A stretch of 64,000 bases of DNA from Candidatus Eiseniibacteriota bacterium (GCA_963744995.1 CAVUWA010000009.1:288001-352000); one strand, 5' to 3'; shown: positions 1 to 10,173, numbered from the stretch's first letter. Made by a program: numbers and translations. The notes: generated by a model from the sequence alone, not told the origin.

Positions 1-2
1 TC

Positions 3-521
3 GCCGGGCTCGAAGAGGGGCTGTTCCCGCACGGCAACTCGATGGAGGACGGCGAGCGGCTCGAGGAGGAACGCCGGCTGTTCTACGTCGCGCTCACCCG
101 CGCGGGCGACGAGGTGCTGATGACCGCGGCCGCGTTCCGCCGGCGCTACGATGGGGCGCGCGGCGGCCGGGTGTCCCGCTTCGTCGAGGAGATTCCTGCG
201 GAACTGCTGGCGCGCGAGGATTCCGGCATGCGGCGCGCGTTCGGCGGCCAGGGCCGGCCGCGGCGCCCGGGCCAGGGCGACGCTGCGGCCGGCCCGCGCT
301 GGCGCGAGGCCGCCACGCCCGCGCCCGCGTGGCCGGCGGCACCGAGCCGGCATCACGCCGCCGTCGGCCGGCGTGTCTACCACGAGCAGTTCGGGCGCGG
401 CGTGGTGGTGGCGGCGGAGGGCAGCGGGCCCGACGCACGCTTCACCGTGCGCTTCGACTCGAGCGTGCGCAAGATCATGGGCCGCTATCTGAGCGAGGAG
501 AGCCATGTCGATCCGGCGTGA
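3..521 (+). CDS. pcrA: UvrD/PcrA family helicase, C-terminal part (5' truncated by window)
   Basis: Frame from nt 3 reads AGLEEGLFPH...EEERRLFYVALTRA (SF1 motifs V/VI), then a C-terminal Tudor-like segment VGRRVYHEQFGRGVV. Confidence 0.85.
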   Translation, partial: AGLEEGLFPHGNSMEDGERLEEERRLFYVALTRAGDEVLMTAAAFRRRYDGARGGRVSRFVEEIPAELLAREDSGMRRAFGGQGRPRRPGQGDAAAGPRWREAATPAPAWPAAPSRHHAAVGRRVYHEQFGRGVVVAAEGSGPDARFTVRFDSSVRKIMGRYLSEESHVDPA

Positions 522-804
522 GGACGTGCGGCGCATCGCGGCGCTCGCGCGCCTGGAACTCGAGGCCGACGAACTCGAGCGCACCGCCGGCGAGCTGTCG
601 GCGATCCTCGACTTCGTCGAAACCCTCGGGAATCTCGACCTCGAGGGCTGCGAACCGAGTGCGTTTGCGCCAGCGGACGCGCCGCTGCGCGAGGACCGGC
701 CGAATGGCCGGCGGCTCTCGAACGCCGCGGCGCTCGCCGCGGCGCCCGCCGCCGAGGACGGATTCTTCCTGGTGCCGCCGATCGTCGAGAACGTGGACCC
801 GTGA
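505..804 (+). CDS. gatC: Asp/Glu-tRNA amidotransferase subunit C
   Basis: 99 aa, IAALARLE...LRED...FFLVPPIVE; directly before gatA; SD GAGGAG. Confidence 0.92.
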   Translation: MSIRREDVRRIAALARLELEADELERTAGELSAILDFVETLGNLDLEGCEPSAFAPADAPLREDRPNGRRLSNAAALAAAPAAEDGFFLVPPIVENVDP

Positions 805-2270
805 CGGCCGGCCCGCTCTGGTCGCTGCCGGCGCGCAGGATCGCCGCACGTGTCGCTGCAGGAGACGCCGCGCCGCTCGACGCGGCACGCGCCGGGTTCG
901 ACGGCCCCGCGCGGCGCTGGGAGGGCGAGGTGCACGCGGTCGTGCACGCCGACGCCGCCGCACTCGAGGCGCAGGCGGCGCCGCCCGCCGGGCCGCTCCG
1001 CGGCGTTCCCGTGCTGGTCAAGGACAACCTCTGCACGACGGACTATCCGACCACCTGCGCCTCGAGGATCCTCGACGGCTACCGGCCACCCTACGACGCG
1101 ACCGTGATCGCACGCCTGCGCAGGGCCGGCGCGATCGTCGTGGGCAAGTCGAACATGGACGAGTTCGCGATGGGCTCGTCGACCGAGTTCAGCTGTTACG
1201 GACCGACGCGCAATCCGTACGACCTGGAGCGCGTCCCGGGCGGCTCGAGCGGCGGCTCCGCGGCGGCGGTCGCATACGGTCTCTGTCCGCTCGCGCTCGG
1301 CTCGGACACCGGCGGCTCGGTGCGCCAGCCGGCCGCCTTCTGCGGCGTGTACGGACTCAAGCCGACCTACGGCCGCATCAGCCGCTACGGGCTGGTGGCG
1401 TTCGGCTCGTCGCTCGACCAGGTGGGCATCTTCGCCCGGCACGCCGGCGACGTCGCCATGGCCTATGCGGCGCTGGCCGGGCCCGATCCCTTCGACGCCA
1501 CCTCGCGCCCGGGAAGCGCGCCCGACGTGAGCGGCTGGGACGGCGGCGTGGCCGGGCTCACCTTCGGCTGGCCCGCCCACCTCTGGAAGGAAGGCGTGCA
1601 CGCGGAGATCGTGGATGCGATGGAAGAGGCCGCGCTGGCGCTCGAGCGGGCCGGTGCGACCCGGGTGCCGATCGACTTCATGCCCGGCGATCACGCCGTC
1701 GCGGCCTACTACGTCGTCGCCACCGCGGAAGCCAGCTCCAACCTGGCGCGCTTCGACGGCGTGCGCTATGGCCGGCGCGAAGAAGGCGAGGACCTGATCG
1801 CGCTCTACGTGAAGACCCGCAGCGGAGGCTTCGGCCCCGAGGTGCGGCGCCGCATCCTGCTCGGCACCTATGTGCTCTCCGCCGGCTACTACGACGCCTA
1901 CTACCTGACGGCGCAGCGGGCGCGGACCCGCATCCGCCGCGAGTACGAAGCCGCGTTCGCGCACTGCGACGTGATGCTGATGCCGGCCGCGCCGACTCCG
2001 GCGTTCCGGCTCGGTGAAAAGCTCGACGATCCGCTGGCGATGTACCTGAGCGACGTGTTCACGCTCGGCGCGAACCTCGCCGGCATTCCGGGTCTCACCG
2101 TGCCGCTCGCACCGGCGGGGTCGGGGCTGCCGCGCGCCGTGCAGGTGCTGGGGCCGGCCGATGCCGAGCCGCTGCTGCTCGCCGCCGGCCGCGCGATCGA
2201 GGTGCGCGGCGAGATCGCCCGGCTCGCGGCCCGTCACGAGGTGGAGTTCGCATGGCCTACCAGCCGGTAA
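801..2270 (+). CDS. gatA: Asp/Glu-tRNA amidotransferase subunit A
   Basis: Amidase signature GGSSGGSAAAV, GSDTGGSVRQPA, RRILLGTYVLSAGYYDAYY. Confidence 0.96.
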   Translation: MTAGPLWSLPARRIAARVAAGDAAPLDAARAGFDGPARRWEGEVHAVVHADAAALEAQAAPPAGPLRGVPVLVKDNLCTTDYPTTCASRILDGYRPPYDATVIARLRRAGAIVVGKSNMDEFAMGSSTEFSCYGPTRNPYDLERVPGGSSGGSAAAVAYGLCPLALGSDTGGSVRQPAAFCGVYGLKPTYGRISRYGLVAFGSSLDQVGIFARHAGDVAMAYAALAGPDPFDATSRPGSAPDVSGWDGGVAGLTFGWPAHLWKEGVHAEIVDAMEEAALALERAGATRVPIDFMPGDHAVAAYYVVATAEASSNLARFDGVRYGRREEGEDLIALYVKTRSGGFGPEVRRRILLGTYVLSAGYYDAYYLTAQRARTRIRREYEAAFAHCDVMLMPAAPTPAFRLGEKLDDPLAMYLSDVFTLGANLAGIPGLTVPLAPAGSGLPRAVQVLGPADAEPLLLAAGRAIEVRGEIARLAARHEVEFAWPTSR

Positions 2271-3691
2271 TCGGGCTCGAGTGCCACATTCAGCTCGCGA
2301 CCCGCAGCAAGATGTTCTGCGACTGCCCGGCCGCGTTCGGCGATGCGCCCAATTCCAACGTGTGCCCCGTGTGCCTGGGACTGCCCGGCGCCCTGCCGCG
2401 CGCGAACCGCGCCGCCGTGGACGCCGCACTGAGGCTCGGCCAGGCGCTCGGCTGCGCGATCGCCCGGGAGAGCGTGTTCGCGCGCAAGAACTACTTCTAT
2501 CCCGACATGCCGAAGAACTACCAGATCTCGCAGTACGACCGCCCGCTGTGCGAGGGCGGGCGCCTGCCGATCGACACGACCGACGGCGTGCGCGAGGTAC
2601 GCCTCACGCGCATCCACCTCGAGGAGGACACCGGCAAGTCGTTTCATCCGGAGCGCCTGGGCGATCGCCGCGTTTCGCGCGTGGACTTCAACCGCGCCGG
2701 GGTGCCGCTGCTCGAGCTGGTCACCGAGCCCGACTTCAACGAGCCGGCCGAATGCGCGGCGTTCCTCACCGCGCTGCGCCGTCTGGTGCGGCACCTGGGG
2801 ATTTCGGAAGCCGACATGGAGAAGGGCCATCTGCGCTGCGACGCCAACGTCAGCATCCGTCCCGCGGGCGCGACCACCCTCGGGGTCAAGACCGAGCTCA
2901 AGAACCTGAACTCGATCAAGGGCGTCGAGAAGGGACTGCGCGCCGAGATCGCGCGGCAGACCCGCATCGCGGAAGACGGCGGCGCGATCGAGCAGGCGAC
3001 GCTGCTCTACGACGCGGACCACGACAGGCTGGCGGTCATGCGCTCCAAGGAGCACGCCCACGACTACCGCTACTTCCCCGAGCCCGACCTGCCGGTGCTG
3101 AAGGTGGACGAGGCCTGGATCGCCGACGCGCGGTCGCGCCTGCCCGAATCGCCGTGGACGCGGGCGCGGCGTTTCGTCGAACAGTACGGCCTGCCCGCCT
3201 ACGACGCCGACGTGCTCACCGACCAGCGCGCGATCGCGGACTACTACGAGGCGGTGGTGGCCGGGGGGCTCGACGCGAAGAAGGCGAGCAACTGGGTGAT
3301 GGGCGAGGTGCTCCGGCACGTGAACGCCGGCACGGTCGCGGCGGAGGCGTGGTCGGAACGCGTGCCGCCCGCGCACCTGGTGAGCATCGTCGCCGCGGTC
3401 GAGGCGCGCTCGGTGACCGCGGCGAGCGGCAAGAGCGTGCTCGAAGCGATCGCGGCGAGCGGGGCGGATCCGGAACCGCTGCTGGCCGCGCAGGCGGCGA
3501 CGTCGTCGACGGACGAGCTGCTCCCGCTCGTCCGGCGGGTGATCGCCGCGCATCCGGAACCGGTCGCGCAGTACCGCGGTGGCAAGACCCAGACGCTCGG
3601 CTTCCTGGTGGGCCAGGTGATGAAGGCGAGCGGCGGCAAGGCCGTGCCGCAGACGGTGCGCGCGCTGCTCGAGCGCGAGCTCGCGGGCTGA
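2252..3691 (+). CDS. gatB: Asp/Glu-tRNA amidotransferase subunit B
   Basis: VIGLECHIQL, FARKNYFYPDMPKNYQISQY, RCDANVS, DYRYFPEPDL. Confidence 0.97.
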   Translation: MAYQPVIGLECHIQLATRSKMFCDCPAAFGDAPNSNVCPVCLGLPGALPRANRAAVDAALRLGQALGCAIARESVFARKNYFYPDMPKNYQISQYDRPLCEGGRLPIDTTDGVREVRLTRIHLEEDTGKSFHPERLGDRRVSRVDFNRAGVPLLELVTEPDFNEPAECAAFLTALRRLVRHLGISEADMEKGHLRCDANVSIRPAGATTLGVKTELKNLNSIKGVEKGLRAEIARQTRIAEDGGAIEQATLLYDADHDRLAVMRSKEHAHDYRYFPEPDLPVLKVDEAWIADARSRLPESPWTRARRFVEQYGLPAYDADVLTDQRAIADYYEAVVAGGLDAKKASNWVMGEVLRHVNAGTVAAEAWSERVPPAHLVSIVAAVEARSVTAASGKSVLEAIAASGADPEPLLAAQAATSSTDELLPLVRRVIAAHPEPVAQYRGGKTQTLGFLVGQVMKASGGKAVPQTVRALLERELAG

Positions 3692-3728
3692 GCGCCGTGG
3701 CGGGACCGGCCGCGGTCGCGCCCGCGTC

Positions 3729-3757
3729 TTGACCGCCCCCGGGGCCGACCCTAGATT
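3729..3757 (+). promoter_or_regulatory. sigma70-type promoter of purD (probably leaderless transcript)
   Basis: TTGACC (3729-3734), 17-nt spacer, TAGATT (3752-3757); ATG 7 nt downstream, no SD. Confidence 0.7.
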
Positions 3758-3764
3758 CGCGGCG

Positions 3765-5072
3765 ATGACCGCACCCCGGCGCATCCTGGTGATCGGCGCG
3801 GGCGGCCGCGAGCACGCGCTCGCCTGGCGCCTGGCGGCCGATCCGCACGCTCCCGAAGTGCTGATGGCCCCCGGCCTCGAGGGCGCCGCGGGTTTTCGCC
3901 GCATCGCCGCCGACGGCTCGGATCCCGCCGCGATCGTGGACGCCTGCCGCGCCGCCGCGGTGGATCTGGTGGTGGTCGGCCCCGAAGCGCCGCTCGCCGC
4001 CGGGCTCGTGGACGCGCTCGACGCGGCGCGCATCCACGCCTTCGGCCCGACCCGGAACGCGGCGCGGCTCGAGTCGAGCAAGTGGTTCGCCAAGGAGGTC
4101 ATGCGCGAGGCCGGTGTGCCGACCGCGGCGGCCGCCGTCTGCAGCGACATGGACGCGGTGCGCGCGGCGCTCGCGCGCTTCGGCGCGCCGCACGTGGTCA
4201 AGGCCGACGGACTGGCCGCCGGCAAGGGGGTGTGCGTGACCGCGCGGCGCGAAGAGGCCGAGGCGTTCGCCGCCGCGTGCCTCACGGGCGGCCGCTTCGG
4301 CGAGAGCGGCCGGCGGGTGGTGGTCGAGGAGTTCCTGGACGGCGTCGAGGTCTCGGTGATGGCGGTCTGCGATGCGGAGCGCTTCTGCCTGCTCCCGCCG
4401 GCCCGCGACCACAAGCGTGCCCTGGACGGCGACGCCGGGCCCAATACCGGCGGCATGGGCGCGTTCGCGCCCGCCGCCGACTTCGGCGCGGACGACGAGG
4501 CGCGTGCCGGAGAGACGATCGTGGCGCCGATGCTGGCCGCGCTCGCGGCGCGCGGCGCGCCGTTCCGCGGCGTGCTCTACGCCGGGCTCATGGTCGGCGG
4601 CAGCGGTCCGCGCGTGCTCGAGTTCAACGTGCGCCTCGGCGACCCCGAGACGCAGGTCGTGCTGCCGCTCATCGCCGGATCGTTCTCCGCGCTGCTGCTC
4701 GGCGCGGCGCGTGGCGCGCTCGATCCCGCCTGCGTGGCGCGGCGCCGCGGGGCGGCCGTCGGCGTGGCGCTGGTGGACGAGGGCTACCCCGAGGCGCCGC
4801 TCGGGACCGGAAGGATCGAGGGGCTCGACGCGCTCGCGTCCCGCGAGGACACGCTGGTGTTCCACGCCGCCACCGCGCGGCAGGACGGCGCATGGGCGGT
4901 CAGCGGCGGGCGTGCGGCGTACGTGGTCGCGCTCGGCCCCGGGCTCGCCGCCGCGCGCGCGCGCGCCTACGAGGCGATCGGTTCGCTGGGCGGGCGGGGC
5001 TGGCGGTATCGTCACGACATCGCGGGCGCCCGCCGGGCGCCCAGGACCATGGTCGAGGAGGGGACTGCGTGA
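3765..5072 (+). CDS. purD: phosphoribosylamine-glycine ligase
   Basis: GAGGREHALAW, VKADGLAAGKGV, GPNTGGMGA, EFNVRLGDPETQ; ATG 3765 preferred because the upstream TTG is the -35 box. Confidence 0.95.
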   Translation: MTAPRRILVIGAGGREHALAWRLAADPHAPEVLMAPGLEGAAGFRRIAADGSDPAAIVDACRAAAVDLVVVGPEAPLAAGLVDALDAARIHAFGPTRNAARLESSKWFAKEVMREAGVPTAAAAVCSDMDAVRAALARFGAPHVVKADGLAAGKGVCVTARREEAEAFAAACLTGGRFGESGRRVVVEEFLDGVEVSVMAVCDAERFCLLPPARDHKRALDGDAGPNTGGMGAFAPAADFGADDEARAGETIVAPMLAALAARGAPFRGVLYAGLMVGGSGPRVLEFNVRLGDPETQVVLPLIAGSFSALLLGAARGALDPACVARRRGAAVGVALVDEGYPEAPLGTGRIEGLDALASREDTLVFHAATARQDGAWAVSGGRAAYVVALGPGLAAARARAYEAIGSLGGRGWRYRHDIAGARRAPRTMVEEGTA

Positions 5073-5548
5073 GCGGCAGGGATTCGAAACGTCCGCTGGT
5101 GGCGATCGTCATGGGCAGTGAATCGGACCGCGCCACGATGACGGAGGGCGCGAAGGTACTGGAGGCGTACGGCGTGCCGTGCGAGGTCGAGGTGCGCTCG
5201 GCGCACCGCACGCCGGATGAGACGGCGCGCTACGCGAAGGACGCCGAAGGCCGCGGCATCCGCGTGCTGATCGCGGGGGCGGGCGGCGCCGCGCATCTCG
5301 CCGGCGCCCTCGCGGCGCACAGCCGCCTGCCGGTGCTGGGCGTGCCGCTCGGCAATTCGCCGCTCGGCGGCTTCGACGCGCTGCTCTCCACCGTGCAGAT
5401 GCCGCCCGGCGTGCCGGTCGGCACGCTCGGCGTGGGGTCGTGGGGCGCCCGTAACGCCGCGCACCTCGCGCTGCGCATCCTCGCGCTCTCGGACGCGAAG
5501 CTGCTCGCGCGCATGAAGAAGAACCCGCCCGCGGCGCGCAAGAAGTGA
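5069..5548 (+). CDS. purE: N5-CAIR mutase
   Basis: [38 protein letters not shown] overlap with purD. Confidence 0.95.
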   Translation: MSGRDSKRPLVAIVMGSESDRATMTEGAKVLEAYGVPCEVEVRSAHRTPDETARYAKDAEGRGIRVLIAGAGGAAHLAGALAAHSRLPVLGVPLGNSPLGGFDALLSTVQMPPGVPVGTLGVGSWGARNAAHLALRILALSDAKLLARMKKNPPAARKK

Positions 5549-6195
5549 GCACCGAGGTCTATCGCATCGATCCCGCGAATCCGGGGCGGGAGGCCCTGAT
5601 CGCGGCCGCCGAGGCGGTGCTGCGCGGCGGCGTGATCGCGTTCCCGACCGACACGGTCTACGGGCTCGGCTGCTCGCTGTTCGACGTTTCGGCGGTCGAG
5701 ATGATCGAGCGGCTGAAGCGTCGCGACAGGACCCTCGCGGTGATCTCGCTGATCCCCGACCGCGAGCAGGCGCTGGGTCTGGCGTCGCACGTGAGCGGGG
5801 TCGCCTGGCGGCTGATCGAACGCTACTGGCCGGGGCCGCTCTCGCTGATCTTCAAGGCGGCGCCGATCGTGCCGGCGCGCGTGCGCGGCGCGGGCGGGAC
5901 GGTGGCGCTGCGCTGCCCCAGGGACGGTCTCTGTCACGCGCTGCTCGATTTCATCGGCGGCCCGGTCGTTTCGAGCAGCGCCAACATCTCCGGGCAGCCG
6001 ACGGCAGAGACCGCAGAGGAGGTCGTACGGATCTTCGGCAACCAGATCGACGTCATCCTCGACGGCGGTCCGATGCGCGATCGCAAGCCCTCGACGCTGA
6101 TCGACGTGAGCGGCGCCGAGGTGCGCGTGCTGCGCCGCGGCGCCATCGAAATCCCCGGGGACATGCTGGTCGAACCGCACGGCACGGGCGGTTGA
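5545..6195 (+). CDS. tsaC: L-threonylcarbamoyladenylate synthase (TsaC/YrdC/Sua5 family)
   Basis: [32 protein letters not shown]. Confidence 0.9.
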   Translation: MSTEVYRIDPANPGREALIAAAEAVLRGGVIAFPTDTVYGLGCSLFDVSAVEMIERLKRRDRTLAVISLIPDREQALGLASHVSGVAWRLIERYWPGPLSLIFKAAPIVPARVRGAGGTVALRCPRDGLCHALLDFIGGPVVSSSANISGQPTAETAEEVVRIFGNQIDVILDGGPMRDRKPSTLIDVSGAEVRVLRRGAIEIPGDMLVEPHGTGG

Positions 6196-6220
6196 CGCCC
6201 TGCGGGGGCGCTTCTATCCT
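6192..6220 (+). promoter_or_regulatory. sigma70-type promoter of the LMW phosphatase (probably leaderless)
   Basis: TTGACG (6192-6197), 17-nt spacer, TATCCT (6215-6220); ATG 8 nt downstream, no SD. Confidence 0.65.
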
Positions 6221-6228
6221 GATTTGCG

Positions 6229-6720
6229 ATGTCTTCTCATGAGCCGGTGTATCGCGTCGTTTTCGTCTGCACCGGGAACACGTGCCGGAGCCCGATGGCC
6301 GAGGCTGCCCTGCGCGGGGCGCTCGGCGCCGAGGGCGAACGGGTCGATGTGACGTCGGGCGGCACCGCCGCCTGGGAGGGACAGCCCGCCAGCGAACCGT
6401 CGGTGACGGTCGCGGCGCGCGACGGGTTCGACCTCCGCTCGCATCGCTCGCGGCGCGTGAGCCCCGAGTCTCTGCGTGCGGCCGATCTGGTCATCGTGAT
6501 GGAGCGGTCGCATCTCGCCGGGGTGAGGGCGCTGGGCGCCGATCCGGCGCGTACGCACGTCATCAGCGAATGGCCCGAGCCGGGGGACCCCGACCTGACC
6601 GTCTACGATCCCTACGGCGACTCCATGGAAGCCTACGAAGAAACCTGGCGGCGCATCCGGGAGCACGTGGCGCGCATCGCGCCCCACGTCCTGGAAGCCC
6701 TGCGAACCCGTTCGGCCTGA
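6229..6720 (+). CDS. ywlE: low-molecular-weight protein phosphatase, YwlE-like (probable protein-arginine phosphatase)
   Basis: P-loop FVCTGNTCRSPMAE and DPYG loop; tsaC-ywlE-rpiB-glyA order recalls B. subtilis ywlC-ywlE-ywlF-glyA. Confidence 0.75.
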   Translation: MSSHEPVYRVVFVCTGNTCRSPMAEAALRGALGAEGERVDVTSGGTAAWEGQPASEPSVTVAARDGFDLRSHRSRRVSPESLRAADLVIVMERSHLAGVRALGADPARTHVISEWPEPGDPDLTVYDPYGDSMEAYEETWRRIREHVARIAPHVLEALRTRSA

Positions 6721-6751
6721 CGGCCGGGATGCTCAACCGAAGAGGTGAACG

Positions 6752-7711
6752 ATGGCAATGACCAAGGTGGACAAGGTCTGGATGAACGGCAAGTGGGTCG
6801 CGTGGGACGACGCGAAGATCCACGTCCTCTCACACGTGGCGCATTACGCCTCGAGCGTGTTCGAGGGCATCCGGGCATACGACACGCCGAAGGGCGCGGC
6901 GATCTTCCGCCTCGAGGAGCACCTCGACCGCCTGATGCTGTCGACGAAGATCTACCGGATGGAACTGCCGTTCACGCGCGAACAGATCCGCGAGGCCTGC
7001 ATCCAGGTCGTGGCGGTCAACGATCTCAAGTCCTGCTACATCCGGCCGCTGATCTATCGAGGCTTCGAGAACCTCGGCGTCAATCCCTTCGGGTGCCCGG
7101 TCGAGGTCACGGTGGCGGCGTTTCCGTGGGGCAAGTACCTGGGTGAGGACGCGCTCACCAAGGGCGTGGCGGTGAAGGTCAGCTCGTGGCAGCGCATGGC
7201 GGCCAACACCCTGCCGGCGATGGCGAAGGCTTCGGCCAACTACATGAACTCGCAGCTCATGAAGATGGAGGCGCTGGTCGACGGCTACGCCGAGGCGGTC
7301 GCGCTGGATACGAGCGGACACGTGAGCGAGGGCAGCGGGCAGAACATCTTCCTGGTGCGGGGCGGCGAACTGCTCACACCGCCGCTCGAGAACAGCATCC
7401 TGGCCGGCATCACCCGCCACACGACCATGACGCTGGCCGCGGAGATGGGCATTCCGGTGCGCGAGTCGTCGATGCCGCGGGAGATGCTGTACGCGGCGGA
7501 CGAGATGTTCTTCACCGGCACCGCGGTCGAGGTGTCGCCGATCACGTCGGTGGACCGCATCGACGTCGGCGACGGCCAGGTGGGGCCGATCACGAAGAAG
7601 ATCCAGACGGCGTTCTTCAAGGCGGTGCGCGGCGAGGACGGTGACCGCCACGGCTGGCTGACCGCCGTGCCGGCGGCCGAGAAGGCCGCCAAAGCGGCAG
7701 CCGAGAGCTAG
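6752..7711 (+). CDS. ilvE: branched-chain amino acid aminotransferase
   Basis: [51 protein letters not shown]. Confidence 0.95.
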   Translation: MAMTKVDKVWMNGKWVAWDDAKIHVLSHVAHYASSVFEGIRAYDTPKGAAIFRLEEHLDRLMLSTKIYRMELPFTREQIREACIQVVAVNDLKSCYIRPLIYRGFENLGVNPFGCPVEVTVAAFPWGKYLGEDALTKGVAVKVSSWQRMAANTLPAMAKASANYMNSQLMKMEALVDGYAEAVALDTSGHVSEGSGQNIFLVRGGELLTPPLENSILAGITRHTTMTLAAEMGIPVRESSMPREMLYAADEMFFTGTAVEVSPITSVDRIDVGDGQVGPITKKIQTAFFKAVRGEDGDRHGWLTAVPAAEKAAKAAAES

Positions 7712-7717
7712 GCGGCC

Positions 7718-8179
7718 GTGAAGGTCGCGATCGGGACCGATCACGCCGGGTTCGCGCTCAAGGAGAAGCTCAAGCGCGAGCTGGTGCGTCTCGGTCACGA
7801 CGTGTGGGATGCCGGCACGGCGGCGGCCGACCCGCCGGTCGACTATCCCGACTTCATCATTCCGGTCGCGGAACGCGTGAGCCGCGGCACGGCCGAGCGC
7901 GGCATCGTGCTCGGCGGCAGCGGCATCGGCGAGAGCATCGCCGCCAACAAGGTGTACGGCATCCGCGCCGCGGTGGTCACCAGCGACGACACCGCGCGGC
8001 TCACGCGGCTCCACAACGATTCCAACGTGCTGGCACTCGGCGGGCGCACCAACGACCACGAGGCCGCCCTGCGCTGGCTGCGCATCTGGCTCGACACGGC
8101 CTACGAAGGCGGCCGCCACGATGCCCGGCTGAAGAAGATCCTCGACTACGAAGACGCCCACCGGGCGAAAGGACGCTGA
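7718..8179 (+). CDS. rpiB: ribose-5-phosphate isomerase B
   Basis: [40 protein letters not shown]. Confidence 0.92.
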   Translation: MKVAIGTDHAGFALKEKLKRELVRLGHDVWDAGTAAADPPVDYPDFIIPVAERVSRGTAERGIVLGGSGIGESIAANKVYGIRAAVVTSDDTARLTRLHNDSNVLALGGRTNDHEAALRWLRIWLDTAYEGGRHDARLKKILDYEDAHRAKGR

Positions 8180-8181
8180 CC

Positions 8182-9435
8182 ATGTCGGACCTGCGCGATC
8201 AGGATGTTCACCTGTACGACGCCATCGAGTCCGAGCGCAGGCGCCAGGGTGCGACGCTCGAGCTGATCGCTTCGGAGAACTTCGTGAGCCCGGCGGTGCT
8301 GGAGGCTGCGGGCTCGGTCCTGACCAACAAGTATGCCGAGGGGCTGCCCGGCAAACGCTACTACGGCGGCTGTGAGTTCGTGGACGTCGCCGAGAACCTG
8401 GCGATCGAGCGGGTGAAGACGCTGTTCGCCGCCGATCACGCCAACGTGCAGCCGCACTCCGGCGCTTCGGCGAATCTGGCGGCGTACTTCGCCGTGTCCG
8501 CGCCGGGCGACACGCTGCTCGGCATGAGCCTGGCCCACGGCGGCCACCTGACGCACGGCCACCCGGTGTCGGTGACCGGGAAGCTGTGGAAGCCGGTGCA
8601 GTACGGCGTGCGCGAAGAGGACGGACGGATCGACTACGACCAGGTCGAGCGGCTCGCCAGGGAGCACCGGCCGCGCATGATCGTGGCCGGCGCGAGCGCC
8701 TATCCGCGGATCATCGATTTCGAGCGTTTCGGGAAGATCGCGCGCGAGGTCGACGCCACGCTGATCGTGGACATGGCCCACATCGCCGGACTGATCGCCG
8801 CCGGCGTGCACCCGAGCCCCGTGCCCCACGCGGATCTGGTGACGAGCACCACGCACAAGACCCTGCGCGGCCCGCGCGGCGGCATCGTGCTGGCGAAGGC
8901 GGCGCACCGCGAGGCGCTCGACAAGGCGGTGTTCCCGGGCCTGCAGGGAGGGCCGCTGATGCACGTGATCGCCGCGAAAGCGGTGTGCTTCGGCGAGGCG
9001 CTCACGGAAGGCTTCCGCGGCTACGCGCGGCGCATCGTGGACAACGCGCAGACGCTCGCCGGTGCACTCGCCGAGCGCGGCTTCGACCTGGTCTCGGGCG
9101 GCACCGACACTCACCTGCTGCTGGTGGACCTCAGGGCGAGAGGGGTGACCGGCAAGACCGCCGAGGAGGCGCTGCACCGTGCGCACATGACGGTCAACAA
9201 GAACGCGGTGCCGAACGACCCCCAGAAGCCGTGGGTGACGAGCGGCATCCGCATCGGCACGCCCGCCCTCACCACGCGCGGGTTCGGCACCGAGGAGATG
9301 CGGCTGATCGGCGGCTGGATCGCGCGCGTGCTCGAGGCCCCCGACGAGCCGGGCCGGGCCGAGGCGGTCGGGCGCGAGGTGCTGGAACTCGCTGCCGCCT
9401 ACCCGATGTTCGCCTGGGAGCCGGTGCTGCGCTGA
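8182..9435 (+). CDS. glyA: serine hydroxymethyltransferase
   Basis: [43 protein letters not shown]. Confidence 0.97.
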   Translation: MSDLRDQDVHLYDAIESERRRQGATLELIASENFVSPAVLEAAGSVLTNKYAEGLPGKRYYGGCEFVDVAENLAIERVKTLFAADHANVQPHSGASANLAAYFAVSAPGDTLLGMSLAHGGHLTHGHPVSVTGKLWKPVQYGVREEDGRIDYDQVERLAREHRPRMIVAGASAYPRIIDFERFGKIAREVDATLIVDMAHIAGLIAAGVHPSPVPHADLVTSTTHKTLRGPRGGIVLAKAAHREALDKAVFPGLQGGPLMHVIAAKAVCFGEALTEGFRGYARRIVDNAQTLAGALAERGFDLVSGGTDTHLLLVDLRARGVTGKTAEEALHRAHMTVNKNAVPNDPQKPWVTSGIRIGTPALTTRGFGTEEMRLIGGWIARVLEAPDEPGRAEAVGREVLELAAAYPMFAWEPVLR

Positions 9436-9581
9436 GCGGTCCGGTGCCCCGGGCCGTGCAAGCTGGCGGCCCGGAGCGTGTGGGTTGCACGAAGCGCCGG
9501 GCGTCCCGCGCCGCTCGCCCCGGCATGCCCCGCCGGGGCCCTGTGCGGCAAGGGGTTGCGGCCGCCGGCGCGAACGCCGCA

Positions 9582-9597
9582 TGGCATCCTTCCTGCA
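9582..9597 (+). promoter_or_regulatory. sigma54 (-24/-12) promoter
   Basis: TGGCAT-CCTTC-CTGCA with GG (9583-84) and GC (9595-96) at canonical spacing; intergenic, with upstream IHF-like CAAGGGGTTG (9549-9558). Confidence 0.6.
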
Positions 9598-9654
9598 TTT
9601 CAGCCGGCCGGTTCGGCTCCACGCGCTCGCACCTTTTCCCTGAAAGCGGCCTCC

Positions 9655-10032
9655 ATGACCACGCCCGTCACCAGATGGGTCCTCGCCCGAATGTGGCCGT
9701 TCGCGCGCGCGGCGACCCTGCACCGTGCGGCGCTCGAGGCGTCCGCCGCCGGGGACCGCCGCGGTGCGGCTCTGCTGCTCGCGCGCGCGGCGCGCGCCTA
9801 TCGGAAGGAGCTGCGCGTCGAGGCACTGGCGCGGCTGCGCGTGCACGAGCGCATGATGCACTGGAGGGAGAGCTGCGACGAGGCGCTGGCGGTCGAGATC
9901 GAGCGCCGTCTCGCCCGGCTCGACCTGATCGAATCCCTCGACCCGCCGTTCCGCGTCATGCCGGCGCACGAGGTGATGGGCGCGTGGCGCGGCGACCCGA
10001 GCATGATGGCGGGCGCGCCGCGCGCCGCCTGA
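9655..10032 (+). CDS. hypothetical helical protein (125 aa)
   Basis: Fills the glyA-moxR gap with GC-rich third positions; ATG 9655 lies downstream of the sigma54 site; family not recognised. Confidence 0.65.
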   Translation: MTTPVTRWVLARMWPFARAATLHRAALEASAAGDRRGAALLLARAARAYRKELRVEALARLRVHERMMHWRESCDEALAVEIERRLARLDLIESLDPPFRVMPAHEVMGAWRGDPSMMAGAPRAA

Positions 10033-10090
10033 TCCGCCGCACCCCCGACCGCACGCCCTGACGATTTCCGAACACTGCGCTCCGCCTGCG

Positions 10091-10119
10091 CTGGACCGCG
10101 ATGGCGCGTCGGCTATACT
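10091..10119 (+). promoter_or_regulatory. probable sigma70 promoter of the MoxR/Bat operon
   Basis: TATACT (10114-10119) with weak -35 CTGGAC at 17 nt; SD AAGGAGGAGG before ATG 10174. Confidence 0.45.
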
Positions 10120-10173
10120 GGCGCGTCCTGACGGCGCAGCCGCGCCCGGACGGTCCACAAGGAGGAGGAACCG

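Noticed and set aside
329..2017. Arg/Ala/Gly-rich alternative-frame + strand ORFs throughout the window
   Set aside because: Off-frame readings of real genes with low-complexity composition.
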